Below are positions 52,346-63,856 of a DNA stretch of 64,000 nucleotides, one piece after another. The position numbers and the translations under genes were made by a program. Each line of letters opens with the position of its first letter. Position 1 is the stretch's first letter. This stretch comes from Azolla caroliniana (lineage: Eukaryota > Plantae > Polypodiophyta): contig JBHGNT010000005.1 of assembly GCA_043228905.1 (NCBI GenBank), positions 8,742,001-8,806,000 on the forward strand, written 5' to 3'. The notes under the pieces are model-generated. The model ran no database searches and was not told the DNA's origin. It saw only the letters and a list, made by a program, of their open reading frames with translations.

Positions 52346-52732
52346 CTGCTCTCTTCACTCTCTCTAAGTGAAAACAGAAAATGAGCAACAACAGTTACAA
52401 ACTGCTTGCCCTAAGTCATATTTATACACATATGACTTTCGGGCTATTTACAAATATAGCCTCAAGGGCCCTTGACAAACATATTCACAAATATGTCCCC
52501 GCATCCGGATCTCTCTCCGGGTACATTCGTCATCCGGCCGTAACCGGGGTCTTCATCATCCGGCTCCGTAGCCGGGGTCTTCATCATCCGGCTCCGTAGC
52601 CGGGTCTTCATCATCCGGTTCCGTAACCGGGTCTTCATCATCCGGTTCCGTAACCGGGTCTTCTCATTCGGGTCTTCATTCCCGATTCCCGGACATCTGA
52701 CTATCCCATCCAGAGGGACCGTAATCCCAACA
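47248..52732 (-). mobile_element. Intact Copia M
   Basis: LTRs 47248-47931 and 52047-52732, exact TSD ttaag, iMet PBS 52032-52043, PPT 47932-47943. Confidence 0.98.
47942..52015 (-). CDS. Copia gag-pol polyprotein, 1357 aa, uninterrupted (gag-PR-IN-RT-RH)
   Basis: First ATG after the PBS (MEGGSSG, matching J's start); CCHC, WVVDSGAS, WHKRLCH, ADNGGEY, LYVDD, ALSTTEAEY, SDMLTK. Confidence 0.95.
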   Translation of the reverse strand: MEGGSSGQPGMMVLNAQNYADWKIKMEDLLIVRDLYEPIDRSEIPKGVLETEWRLLNRKAVATIRQYVDVSVLQHVANDTNAYEMWRKLSGLYERKNALNRTSLMRKIVNLKYRDGESMVEHVSTFMGFVNQLAAIKFPLEDAMQAIILICTLPESWENLVVTLSTSCTEDNLSLQTVKTSILNEEARRRDKEPVSDPKMLLTESDRGRQRNRSPQRREKSGTRSQSRGRPTCFHCGKPGHLRKNCRHYRKDNGADDTDSKKSPERNGAYRGATDRRGPDRRGQDQKGTTALAASEEEIMLITEERELNLAGEEMTWVVDSGASFHLTPEKKYFSSYTAGEHGCVRMGNEGTCRIAGIGDVWLMTSTGCKMLLKDVRHVLEVRLNLISAGRLDDEGYTGSIRNGVMKFSKGSLIVARARKINTLYLMNSRLCPEELNVAADTAGELWHKRLCHMSEKGMKRLAEDNLIPVKHVHLGKCTDCLAGKQNRTSFHSRPPTRRSAPLELVHTDVCQVETKSHGGAQYFVTFIDDHSRKLWTAPLKTKDQVLSVFKELHARVERESGKELKAIRADNGGEYRGRFEEYCRSKGIRLEFTVPKTPELNGLAERMNRTIMERVRSMLVHANIPKGFWAEAMSTATYVINRSPSVPLDGDTPQRVWTGREVSYRHLKVFGCLAYVHVAKDRRGKLDPKTRPCIFLGYGDDEFGYRVWDPVDKKIFRSRDIIFMEDKTLADWESEKKMKSSKSSGEDQLYEEQSRPARDRSALENPAEDGEETEPAEEDETDIGTGPDPEMDSDEEETEEPVTEAPKRRYPLRERRAPRRFPELEHVLLTDEGEPESFEEAKLDTHSRRWLSAMQEEMDSLHENHTYELVELPKGKLALRNKWVFKLKPGDAGNPPRYKARIVVKGFQQKKGIDFDEIFALVVKMTSIRTVLSIAASMDLEVEQMDVKTAFLHGDLEEEIYMQQPEGFEKKGKEHLVCRLKKSLYGLKQAPRQWYRKFDSFMTDEGYHKTQSDHCVFVKKFEGGDFLILLLYVDDMLIVGRDQVKIRMLKKALHRTFSMKDLGPARQILGMHIIRDRKKKQLWVSQEKYVTKVLHRFNMSEARPVGSTLPANCKLSSKQSPKTKAEKEDMMKVPYASAVGSLMYAMVCTRPDIGYAVGVVSRYMSNPGKEHWNAVKWILRYLKGTSNMCLRFGSGKPELDGFTDSDMSADADTSRSTSGYVMTYAGGAVSWQSRLQKTVALSTTEAEYMAAVEAGKEIIWMKDFIRELGIRQEEYRLYCDSQSAIHLAKNAAYHSRTKHIQRRYHWIRERIEDQEFVLTKIHTDENGSDMLTKVLTPDKLEACRKRVGLERHPMPK

Positions 52733-53033
52733 TTAAGAAGAGGTATCTTAGTGGAAGAAGATGGTTCTTAGTAGTGGGTTTGAGTGATGGGTAGTAAGAA
52801 GGTCTTTGGTTTTTAATCATTGTGGAGTTTATCCTCTTTGTATTGACTTGAAGTGGAATATTATAACATTCTTATCTCTTTCTCATCTTCCCTACCTTTT
52901 ATCTTAATTTCTTGAGTTTTCCTCTCTAAATCGTGGTTACCTAGATCTATATAATCTATTATAATTCACAAGTCCATCTAATCGGCTTGGTCAAGCCCTC
53001 ATATTGTGTACGACAATCTTATACACCCCATTA

Positions 53034-54810
53034 GTATTCCTTTCCTCCGTCCGACCAAAGACATCGTACATGGTGGCCAAATGTCTTTTCAACTTTGCTT
53101 TTGAATTTTTGGAAGTGTGTAAACACTTCGCTCTTCATCCTCATGGGAAAGATCCATGTGTATCTAGAGAAGTTGTCAATGAAGGTAACATAGTACCAAC
53201 ATCCTCCGAATGTGACCGTCTATGTCGGTCCCCACACATCCAAGTGGACTAAGTCCAATAGGCATTTGCTCACATTCCTCTCTTCCGAGAATGGGTGCCG
53301 ATGTTGCTTGCCGAATTGGCATGGTCCACATACTCCATTGATTTCCTTTTCTTTAAATGTAGGGAGTTCGATGATTATTCCTTTTGATTGCATCCCCTTG
53401 AGCTTTTGGAGGTTGATATGATCGATTCTTTTGTGCCATAGCTCTACGTTGGTGTCGGCTTTGAGGCCCTTTGCAAACATGGCCGAGGATAAACATTTGA
53501 CCTTCCCTTCGACCCTGAGTGATGAGTCGGCCTTCCTTCTCGATGAAGTAACCACCTTGGTTGAATCTAACTTGCATCCCTTGCTCCACAATTTGGCCGA
53601 CCAAGACCAAATTCTTTGTTGTGGTCAGTACATGCAAGTCATTTTTTATGCAAGTTTCTTCGCTATCTTTCCCGAATAGGACATTGGCAATATGCCAAAT
53701 CGGATGAGTAGTGTCGTCTCCGGTTTTGACATAGTCAGGTCGATCCGGCTCTCGTAAGTCCCGGAACCATTCTTGATGAGGCGTCATATGGTTCGAACCA
53801 CCAGAGTTGACGAACCATACATCTTTTGGACCGAAGGAACTAGTCGAAGTAGAGGCCGACATAGAATTTGCTCTATGTCTGATCATGAACATACCACCAT
53901 GGTCGTCATAGTCAAAGTTGGTGGCATAATTTGTGAGTTGTCGGCTTGTGGAAGCCAACTCACGCTTCCTCTTTCCGCACTCTTCTTCGTGTGGCCGATT
54001 TTGTCGCAATATCCGCACTCGATTGAGTTTTGTCGGCTTCGGCTGGCATGGAAACTCCTCCTTTTCCGAACAATCCTCGATTGTTTCCGCTTTCTTGCCG
54101 AAATTGGGAGTTGTTTTCATAGGTCGAACCTCGTCCACCCCTTCCTTGGCCGAATCGGCCTCTTGCTCGGCCGGTTCCTCTTCCTCCATTCGAATGTGTA
54201 TAGAGCATGTGGCCTTCCGAGGCATTGCTCCTTGTTCAAACATGGTTTTCTTCAACCAACAACATGGATTGAAGATCGAAGAAAGAGGGAGGATTCTCCC
54301 TCGCTAGGACGGCGGTTCTCATCGCGCCGAACCGTGGTGCAAGGCGGTCGAGACATATTTGCACCATCTCATCATCCTCCACATTGACACTTATTGAGTT
54401 GAGTGAGTCACAAAGCTCCTTGATCTTCAAGGTGTAGCTTGTGATGGGTATCTCCCTTTGTTGGATATTATTCAACTCTTGGCGGAGGTAAAGCTTTCTT
54501 GTGGTTGTGTTGGCCATGAAAATCTTCCTAAGATTCTCCCATGCTTCCTTCGACGTCTCGGCTTCTCGAATGTAGCCAAGCATGTGGTCATGAACACATG
54601 TCGCCAAGCAATACATTACTCGACTCACCGCTTGCTCCTATGTTGAGTATTCGGGATTCATTGGGTCGGGTTAATTTTCTTGAGCTCCTTTGATGTAGCT
54701 CCAATAACCTTGGCCGACAAGGTATTGGTGCATCTTGTACTCCCAAGATGCAAAGTTGTTTCTATCCAACTTCTCGCTAGGGAGAGCTCTCCCCATTTGA
54801 GTATTCATTA
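53034..54810 (-). pseudogene. Copia L gag-PR-integrase N-terminal part
   Basis: KLDRNNFASWEYKM, WFVNSGGSNHM, LWHKRIDH, LDLVHLDVWGP. Confidence 0.88.
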
Positions 54811-55337
54811 TGTCAATGTAGATTTCTTCCTTCTTCTTCTCTCTAAAATACGCGCTATTTAGCAGCACTACGATAACAATGAGATGGATTTCTTTGAATC
54901 GTTGGCGTAAACACAACATATGCAAATGAACTAGATCGAGCTACTAAAGCGCTCTAATACCATGTAAAGAATCATGGTGATTCTATGCAGTGGAATAGGT
55001 TAGAGATGTGTGTTATGTGTGTGAGAGAGAGAAGGAGAGGAGAGAAAAACACAAGATAGATGAAAATAGATTACTCAAGAAGATGTATATTACAAAGGAG
55101 ATTTAATCGACACATTACAAAGGAGGGGGGAGCATTATATAGTCACCCTCTCTCTTCATTAATTACCAAAGCTTGGTCATGGGGAATGTGGAAACTCATT
55201 AGTTATGTGTCATAGAATATGATTCTATGACACATAGTTAATGTGTAGAGAGTAATGGTGACTTTTGACATTTGAGTGCTCATAGATTCTCAAAGGTGTG
55301 TTCACACACTAGTCTAGGTTGAGCTTGATTCTCAACA

Positions 55338-55980
55338 ACCGGAAAGGACTCGCTCACAGAAAAAATGATAGTTCACCTCAATGTGCTTGGTTCCGGCGTG
55401 GAAAACAGGGTTTTTCGCCAACTAGATGTTGCTAAGGTTGTCGTCGGATCGGACACCTCCATCTCGATATTCTTCAGTAGCCTCTTGAGCCATATGGCTC
55501 CACATGTCGCGACATCCACTCCTCGATATCTAGCCTCATGCTTGACAGTGCAACTGTCGGCTGCTTTTTGCTGCTCCAAGCAAACGTGATGCTTCCAAGT
55601 CAAAAAGCAAAGCCCTATGTAGACCTACGATCGCCAACATTTCTGGCCCAATCGGCATCCATGTAGCCAACTAACTATTCGGCAACACCATTATGATATA
55701 GCAACCCCCTGCCCTTAGTACCACAGACATACCAGAGTATTCATTGTGCGCACTAAAGGTGTTTGGTGCTCGATTGTGACATGAACTGACTCGTGAAGCC
55801 GATCGGATAGGTGAGGTCTGGCCGGGTGATGGTCAAATATAAGGCTTCCGACTATTTGTCAGAACCATTTCAGGTCGCATGTCATTCCGGATTCGAGGCG
55901 AAGCTTAAAATTCCTATCTAGAGGAGTTCAGACGGATTTGCACTCCGTCATTCCAAACTTGAAGAGCATACTCAGCATGT
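55338..55980 (-). pseudogene. Old Copia O RT/RNase H fragment
   Basis: Degenerate TRPDL, DADWA, AIWLKRLL and TKHIEV motifs on the minus strand. Confidence 0.75.
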
Positions 55981-56683
55981 TGTCGTGGAGAAAACCGCCC
56001 CTAGGAGGAATCAGGGAAATATGTGCATGAATTGGCCCTTACGTATGGGCACGCTATTTAATAACTTGTACATACTTAGGAGCAATTCGATTGATGTGAA
56101 GATACTACGTAGTACGCATTTATTAGGAAATTGTAGTGTATCTTTGTCCGAAGTGGCAGAGAATAAAGATGATGTAACCAGGGCATAACGGTCTGTCCCC
56201 GGGGCCTATAAAAGGGGGGGGGGGGGAGAAGGCTGAGAGAGGGATCACTTTTGTCGAGGACTAAGTGTTGTCGGACTGGGACCAAGCTCTCTCCTCTGTC
56301 TTTTCATCGTTCTCTGTAGGTTTTGGGGGCTGCCTCTGCTTCATGGAAAGCTTGAGTGCTTCCGGCAGAGGCTCCATCTCTTGTTGTTGTGTGCGTTGTG
56401 TGAGTTGGTGTCAACGAGTTGGCACTTGCCGGCTAGCCGGCTGTAATCTTGATTATATATATATATATATACATTCGCCTCACGTGTTCTTCGACCTTGT
56501 TGTGAGATCTCTGTGTATCTGTGTGTGCGCGGCTCGATCGTGGGTTCATGGTGCTCCTCCTTCTGTTCGGTAATTCCCCGGTTTAGGACCCCCATGGTCC
56601 CGCCTTGGTTTCTCCTGCGCGTGCAGAATAACACGACATATTTGGTAAACCCGACATGAAACAAGGTGGCAGGGGAATCAAAG

Positions 56684-58782
56684 ATGAGGGGATCAGAGCT
56701 CATCGAAGCCATGGCGGCAGCGGTGCATCGGATAGTAAGTGCTCACGAGGGCACGGGTGCCCTCGACAGGGCCATTGAAGCAATTGTCGGCACAATAGGC
56801 CAGTTCGATGGGAAGGACGCCACGAGTTATTTGGTGGCCTACCGAGCCGAAATGGTGATGAGGGACATCCCAAAGGAAAGGCGTCTGGCTGGCTTCCCTC
56901 GGGTGGCGACACCGGGCATCCACGCAAGGGTGCTCGAGGTGCAGACTGGATGCTGGACCTGGGGAGAATTCGAAGCGCAACTCCTCGAACTGTATAAGCT
57001 TGATGACACGCTTCGGTTAATGAAGCGGGACTTCGTGGATTGGGTGGAGACCCCTGAGAAGGGGAGGAATGCGTTGGTGCTCCTCCGGGAGTTTGAGGAA
57101 CGCTTCGCACGACTTTTGGCACTGGACAGGACCGTACTGGACACGAGTCGTGTCCTTTTATTCGTCAAAGATGTGGACGAGAGGGATTGGGAGCAAGTGG
57201 ATCTCCTGTTGGAGACGAACGATGGGCTAACAACCGACTAGGCCGTGGTAAAAGGGGTCTATGGCCGTTTCGACAAACAGTGTGAGTGGGTCGACAAGGG
57301 CTCATCGGGGGTAGGAGCGGTTGTGGCAAGGAAGCTCGAGGGACGCCCACCGGCGCGAAGGGAGGAAACCCAGGATTGGCTCGAGACAGGCTCAACATCG
57401 ACCAACATGGTCAAAGGCCCGCCCGGAGGAGCTGACGCAGATGGTACGAGACCTCCAGATTGCACAGGCAAGGAGGGACGGCGACGAGCAGCCTCACAAC
57501 CGAAGGCCTTTGGGTGGGCATCGGTGCTTGTGGTGTGACGCGGTCGATCACGTCCGGAAGGACTGCGTGGACTTCGTAGAAGCAATAAGGGCTAACAAGG
57601 TGTACCTGTGGAACGGGAGGTTGCATGCTAGTGAGACCTAGAGAGCCCTGGAGCTGAATATCGGACGAGGAGGAATGAAGAGGCTGATGGAAGAAGCGGC
57701 AGCGCGCCACGCAGAGATTATCCACTACTCGGCATCGGCAGGAATCCCGGTCGGGAGTGACGAAGGCCGGAAGACGAAGGACTCCGGGTTCTGGCCGGTG
57801 TTGCTAGGAAGGCCTTGCCGGTAAGCGGCTAAGGAAGGAGGAAGCGGACCGCGCGGAAAGGCGGATCCAGGAGGTCACCAGGTGGAGCAATCCAGTCGAG
57901 GAAAAGACCGGCTTCATGGAAGCCGCGTGCTAAAACTACGAGGTTCTGGTAGAAGACAAGTGTGCGGGGAAGGTCGGAGGAGCCGGATCCTCGCAGCGGT
58001 ACGAGACCTGGTTCGGGCCGAAGTAGAATGACGCCGGTATTTCCGGCACACCGGATAAAACAAAGAAAGTCGGTTATCGATTGAGCACCGAGATAGAAAG
58101 AATGACGGACCTGCGGAAGGTCCTTGAGGAACGAATCCGCGACAGCAAGGTTGAGCAAGTGCTTGGGATCGCCAAGAAAGAATTCCATAACTCCATCGTG
58201 GACTTGGTGAAACGAAAAAGGCTTTCGACGGAGCCGGAGCAAGAGAAGTCGGTGGAGGTGCGAACGACGCACCTAGAAGATATGGCCCTGGAAGATGAGT
58301 TGGTGGAAAGCCACTATTCGAAGCTGCACTGGGTAAGAGCCACTACGAAGACCCCGGTTAGGATCGGAGACGTCTAGGAGCCGGTGGTGGCACTGGTAGA
58401 CCACGGTTCGGAGATCAACCTGATGTCTATGGACTTCTACAAGAAGGGCAAGTGGCCGATCAACACCAAGCATGGGTGGAAAATAGGAGTGGCGACGCGC
58501 GCCACGGAGGAGCTAAACGGGGCCTGCCCAAATGTACAAGTGAAAATCGGTGATGTCGAGATTGACCAACACTTCTTCGTGTAGGAGACATCCTCACATC
58601 CAGTGATACTCGGAGAACCGTACATTATGACAGCACAAATGGAGACAAAGATGTTGGACAACGGTTCGGCGTATGCGCTCGTGAAGAGCCAAGATGGGTG
58701 ACACTCCATCCAATTTCTGACAGTGCAACCGAACCACGAGCGCAACTACGAGACCCTCGGCGGCGAAAGCCGAGGGGATTTT
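56684..58782 (+). pseudogene. gag: G gag-protease
   Basis: GQFDGKDAT, CLWCDAVDHVRKDC, ALVDHGSEIN. Confidence 0.85.
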
Positions 58783-61186
58783 TTGAGAGGGCTATCAAGG
58801 AGTGGGGCCGCGATAGTCCGGACACCCCAGAAACACCCCACACATGTACCATAGGAAGGAAACCCTGTACTATAGGTAGGAAATTTTGGTTCTCCGACAA
58901 CAGAGGCTTTACGATAACTAGCATTAGCGGCCGGGAGAAGAAATGGGCGGAGGGACGACTCAGGGCATGCGGAGTCCTGGGCCCCGACGATGAGATTGGT
59001 GGAGTCTTGGAGGCAGTCTCTTTTGACGACACCTTGGGGGAGTTAAAGAAGGTGTTCGAAGAAGGCCTCAGCGAAGACCGAACGATTTCAGTTAGTTCAG
59101 AAATTATGTATGAAGTCATTGCCGACTTCGGGGAGAGGGTCGAGTTGGATCGGATGGCCCATGTGCATAAGAAGTACAAGACTGTGGACCGGAAGGTGAG
59201 GCCAGTTGCGGCACCCTTGCCGAAGGGCAGGAAGTTACGGATAAAAGGGGTCGCGTCGGACCCAAGTCTACGGGATCTGGCCGGCATAGGACACCGGTTC
59301 ACCAACATAACGCTACGGGAACTCAAGGTTGGTGGGGGTGGTTTTCTATTGCAAGCGGAAGAGGAACGGTTTCAGAGGATGCTCGGGAGGCACGGGAAGT
59401 CCTTCACATTCTCGCCGAAAGAGATCGGATGCATGAACCCGACGGTCGTTGAGCCAATGGTTATCTTCAAGGTACCGCTTGTGTCGTGGAATCTCAAACC
59501 GATTCCAGTACCCAGAGCTCACATCCCAAAGCTGATGGAGCTACTGAAGCAGAAGGTGGAGATGGGCTTCCTTGAACCATCGAGTGCCCCATACTCGAAT
59601 CGGTGGTTTACCGTCCCTAAGAAGAACGGCACGTTGCGCTTTATTCAGGACCTACAGTCGGTCAACAAGGTGACCATTCGGAACGCAGGAATCGGACCGA
59701 CTGTTGACGAGTTCGCGGAGGCCTTCGCCGGAAGGTTGATTTACTCGGTCAGAGATCTGTACTCCGAGTACGACCAATTCCAACTAGCCGTGGAGAGTAG
59801 GGATATTACGACAATGCGAACCCCTCCCGGCCTAGTGCAGATGTGTACCCTCCCGCAAGGGGGGACAAATTCGGTAGCACACATGGTAAATGCAATGAAT
59901 AAGGTGCTAAGGGACTGCATCTTGAACATCACCATGCCATTTTTGGATGACATTCCGATCAAGGGATGTCCGGTGGAGGATAAGGACGAAACGGTCGAAC
60001 CAGACGGGTGTCGGAAATTCGTCTCAGACCACATCAGAGACTGTGAGAAGGTGCTACAAAGGCTGGAAGGCGCGCGACTCACCTTCTCCGGGGGAGAAGT
60101 TGGCTTTCGGACAGTTGGAAATCATGGTCGTCGGTCACTTGTGTGGGCCTTATGGCCGGAAACCGTCTCCGGCAAAGGTCGAAGCCATTTCCGCAATGAA
60201 GGAGGAATGCAAGGCGGTAACGGAGGTGCGGAGGTTCCTGGGGGCGTGTGCATTCTACCACATCTAGGTTCCGCATTACGCGCACATCGCAGAACCGGTC
60301 TACAGGCTGCTAAAGAAAAGGCGCAAATTCGACTGGGGCAAGAAACATACGGAGTCATTCCGGGGATTGAAAGAAGCACTTACCGCGGCACTGGCACTCC
60401 GTAAAGTGGTCTACGGCAAGGATGTTCCAATCTACCTAACCGTAGATACGAGCCCGACCGGGATAGGATGGGTGATCAGTCAGGAAGACGAGGGTGGCAC
60501 ACGGGTCCCTATCCGATTCGGAGCAAAGGTACTCAGTGAGTGACAGCGAGGATACGCCCAAGTTAAGCGCGAGCTCTAGGGTATTCTTTTGGCAATCAAG
60601 GCCGACAAAGATTATCTTGTCGGGACGGAGGTAATAATCGAGACGGACTGCCTACCGATCCTCAGAATGGTTTCCGGATGCGCGACGCCGGACCTGGCGA
60701 TGCTCAGGTGGATCGCGTACATCAAGTCCCTGAATCCAGAGATAGGGCACATCTTCGGAAAAGACAACCCCATGGCCGACATGCTTTCGAGAGCGCGGTT
60801 CAACGACGAGGACGGCATAGTTTCGGAGGACGAAGAAGTTGGCGAGGAATTCTTCGAGTCAGCTTGCAAGACGAGAGTAGGGAGTACCCCAGTGCTTAAC
60901 GAGTTTCACAAGGGCGAATACGAAGGGGAATGGCTCAGGATCGGTAGATTCCTGAAGATAATGACGCTGGATGCCACCTAGACGAAAGGCGAAGCTAACC
61001 GGGTCCGGAAGAAAGCGTACCGGTTCTTCCTGAGGGATGGGAACCTATGGAAGCATCCGAAGAAGAGAGGCGGCATCCCACTATGAGTAGTGGCAAGAAA
61101 GGAGGAGTGGGAGATGCTGCTCATGGCGTACCACAAGAGTCCTTGGGCCGATCACCGCAGGACTTGGGCCACATTCGAGAAGCTAA
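58776..61186 (+). pseudogene. pol: G pol (RT-RH, start of IN)
   Basis: FIQDLQSVNK, LPQGGTNSV, FLDD, VDTSPTGIG, ETDC, ADMLSR. Confidence 0.9.
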
Positions 61187-61529
61187 TGTCACAGACACAC
61201 CAAGTGCGGACTAAGACGGAGCACGGATGATGAGGCTATGACGGAGCGATGACGGAATGACACAAGAGCATAAAGATAGAGATGAAGATTAAGGAGAGAA
61301 GATGGGCGAAACGAGAATACTAGATTGATATGTCCATGACTGGCGTTGAATCCCTTGAAAGGGACCACGGAGGTTACAAGTATTTATATTATGAGTCGAA
61401 GTACATGTATTAGAATATTCTAGATTCTTCTAGAACCGTCTAGTTCTAGAACTTTCTACAAACAACTAGAACTTGAAATAGATTGTCTACTAATAATCTA
61501 CGGACACATACACAACATAACCATGTATT

Positions 61530-61595
61530 TGGATGTATTGGTTAGAACATAACACTTGACTATAATACAAATCGTCAAGAGTTCAAATCTTGGCA
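61530..61595 (+). other. tRNA-like A-box/B-box module, antisense in D U3
   Basis: TGGATGTATTGGTTAGAAC...GAGTTCAAATCT. Confidence 0.45.
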
Positions 61596-61699
61596 TGACT
61601 GTTGTCATATCTATGACATTATCCTCCCCTTTACGGTCGCCTTTTCGGAAGCGTGGTGTAGGGGTGAGCTGAAAGAGAAAACCGGAGATGGTTGAGGAG

Positions 61700-62018
61700 T
61701 GAGTGACTGTTAGGAGTCCTCACCGGAGTCTAGAACATCAAGAGACGTGAGCGACCATGTATGGTCCTCATCGAGAACTAGAACACCAACGAGACATGAG
61801 CGACCATGTTGTCCTCGCCGAGAATTGGAACACGAATGAGTGAGAGAGCATGCGGCCCTCACGGGGAACTCGAACATGAACGGGCGTGAGTGACCATGTA
61901 GCCCTCACCGGGAACTTGAACACGAACGGGCATGAGCAACCATGCGGCCCTCACCCAGAACTTGAACACGAACGAGAGTGAGCGTCCATGTGCGGCCCTC
62001 ACTAGGAATTGGAACACT
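61700..62018. repeat. About seven copies of a 46-bp tandem repeat inside D
   Basis: gaact(t/c)gaac recurs at 61866, 61912 and 61958. Confidence 0.85.
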
Positions 62019-62538
62019 TGACGTCAATGAAGGCTAGGCAAATTAGTGTTGATGAAAACACTAAGAGGTGCTAAAATTGATGATGTCAAAGATAAAGCAA
62101 TGAAGATAATGATGTTCTGAACGCGTCTTAGGAAGTAATGACTATGAGTATGGCAATGATGGAAACTAAGAAATAGATGAAGAGGATAAGAAACATAGAT
62201 ATCGAGATGTTGAGGATAAAAAGAAACACGAAGACAGGGATATAGAGGATGATAGAAAACATAGTGATAGGGATGATGATGATAAGAAACACATAAAAAT
62301 GAAAATGGTAGGAAACAAAGGGGGAAGGATGACAATGACAAAAGTGCAAAGATAAGGATGATGATGATAAGAAACATGGATAAAGATATGTGGAGGATGA
62401 GAAGAAACTAAAAAATAAAGACAATGATGAGGAGAAACTAAAACCCAATGAAAATGATGAGAAGAAACTAGGAGATAGAAATGGCAAGGAAGATAAGAAA
62501 TGAAGCGATGTTGATGATGGTATGGTGACGATGGTACC

Positions 62539-63290
62539 TATCACAGACATGACAACAGTCATGCCAAGATTTGAACTCTTGACGATTTGTATGGTTATGT
62601 TATGTATATGTCCATAGATTATTAGTAGATAATCTATTTCAAGTTCTAGTAGTTTGTAGGTTCTAGAACTAGAAGGTTCTAGAAGAATCTAGAATATTCT
62701 ATTACATGTACTTCGACTCATAGTATAAATACTTGTAACCTCCGTGGTCCCTTTCAAGGGATTCAACACCAGTCATTGACACATCAATCTAGTATTCGCG
62801 TTTCGCCTCATCTTTGTCTCGTTGATCTTTATTTTGTCTTCATGCCCTCATGTCACTCACAACATCTAGAGTTCCTAGCCTCGTCACATCTAGCTCCAAG
62901 TTCATCCGTCGCTCATAGCCCTATCGTCTGTGCTCCATCCTAGTCCGCTCTTGGTGTGTCTGTGACAGTTTGAATCCCTTCCAACTAGAAGCATCACCCG
63001 TCTCTATCATCGCCCTTGCTTCTAGAGTTACCATCGTCACCGTACCATCATCAACATCGCTTCATTTCTTATCTTCCTCGCCATTTCTATCTCCTAGTTT
63101 CTTCTCATCATTTTCATTGGCTTTTAGTTTCTCCTCATCATTGTCTCTATTTTTTAGTTTCTTCTCATCCTCCACATATCTTTATCCATGTTTCTTATCA
63201 TCATCATCTCTATCTTTGCACTCACCGCCTCTGTCTTTTAGTTTCTCCTCATCATCGCCTCTATTTTTTAGTTTCTTCTCATTGTCCACA
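62539..63290 (+). mobile_element. Second, inverted D copy (D'): 5' LTR 62539-62967, self-priming PBS, truncated interior
   Basis: Reverse complement of 61187-61618; the interior mirrors about 62345-62535. Confidence 0.85.
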
Positions 63291-63856
63291 TATATATATA
63301 TATATGGGTAAAAGCATGCGAGTGGAAACACTATTATAGCTAATTAGCTACTAAAATGGCCATAGCTAATTAGCTATTTGTTTAGCTAGTCTTTCTTGTG
63401 GGAAAATCAAATATTTGAAAAACTAATTTATGAAAAAACTCAAATATTTGAACTTCTGTTTCAGACGTAGTGGAACTTGGGGAATATCACCATCATCTAA
63501 GGTCGACTTCAATGTCATCAATTTCCTGTTTAGCCTAAGTCTGATTTTGAACGCAGATGGAGTACTCAGAGCACGAACGCAGACGTAGCTCCCGCAACAG
63601 CAAAAAATCGACATTGCAGATTGAGAGCTACAACACAGAACCCGCTCGATCATCGTCCAGGTATGTTTCAGTTACAGAAACCCCAAACATTTGTTTTTTC
63701 TTTTTGACTACTGTCTGAACTTTGGTGCCGATTCATATTTCCCCAAAATCGAATAGGGCGAAGTCCTTGGAGTCCCATACAAGGATGTCTCGCAAATCGG
63801 GGAGTAGCAACAGGTGTGTTTATATTACTTTTTTTGTGTTTAATCCTGTCTTTAGT

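Larger units (their letters stand above)
46849..53033. mobile_element. About 0.7-kb AT-rich solo-LTR-like insert in L integrase, split by Copia M
   Basis: Starts TG, flanked by gtatt/gtatt; L motif SDGGKEYF rejoins across it; 3' end is TA rather than CA. Confidence 0.65.
10740..55337 (-). mobile_element. Degenerate Copia L, host of most of the nest; segments 10740-12203 (RH/RT), 46021-46848 (IN), 53034-54962 (IN/PR/gag), 5' LTR 54963-55337
   Basis: Reading frame rejoins across TSDs tcttt/tcttc and gtatt/gtatt; iMet-type PBS at 54951-54962; no 3' LTR in the window. Confidence 0.8.
55981..61186 (+). mobile_element. Non-chromovirus Gypsy G (Trp-like PBS), degenerate, cut at the start of integrase by D
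   Basis: 5' LTR 55981-56638, PBS tggtaaacccgacatga at 56643, homologous to F. Confidence 0.9.
61187..62538 (-). mobile_element. Non-coding LTR element D (Tcn1-related, TRIM/LARD-like): 3' LTR 61187-61618 plus interior
   Basis: TGTCA..TGACA ends, PPT 61619-61632, low-complexity interior, 5' LTR absent. Confidence 0.8.

Noticed and set aside
61700-62018. CRISPR-like array or B-box array
   Set aside because: Contiguous degenerate tandem units with no unique spacers and no cas genes; GTTCRAGTTC does not fit B-box spacing.
62024-63339. Ser/Phe-rich membrane-protein ORFs
   Set aside because: Translations of low-complexity purine/pyrimidine-skewed sequence inside D; no domain evidence.
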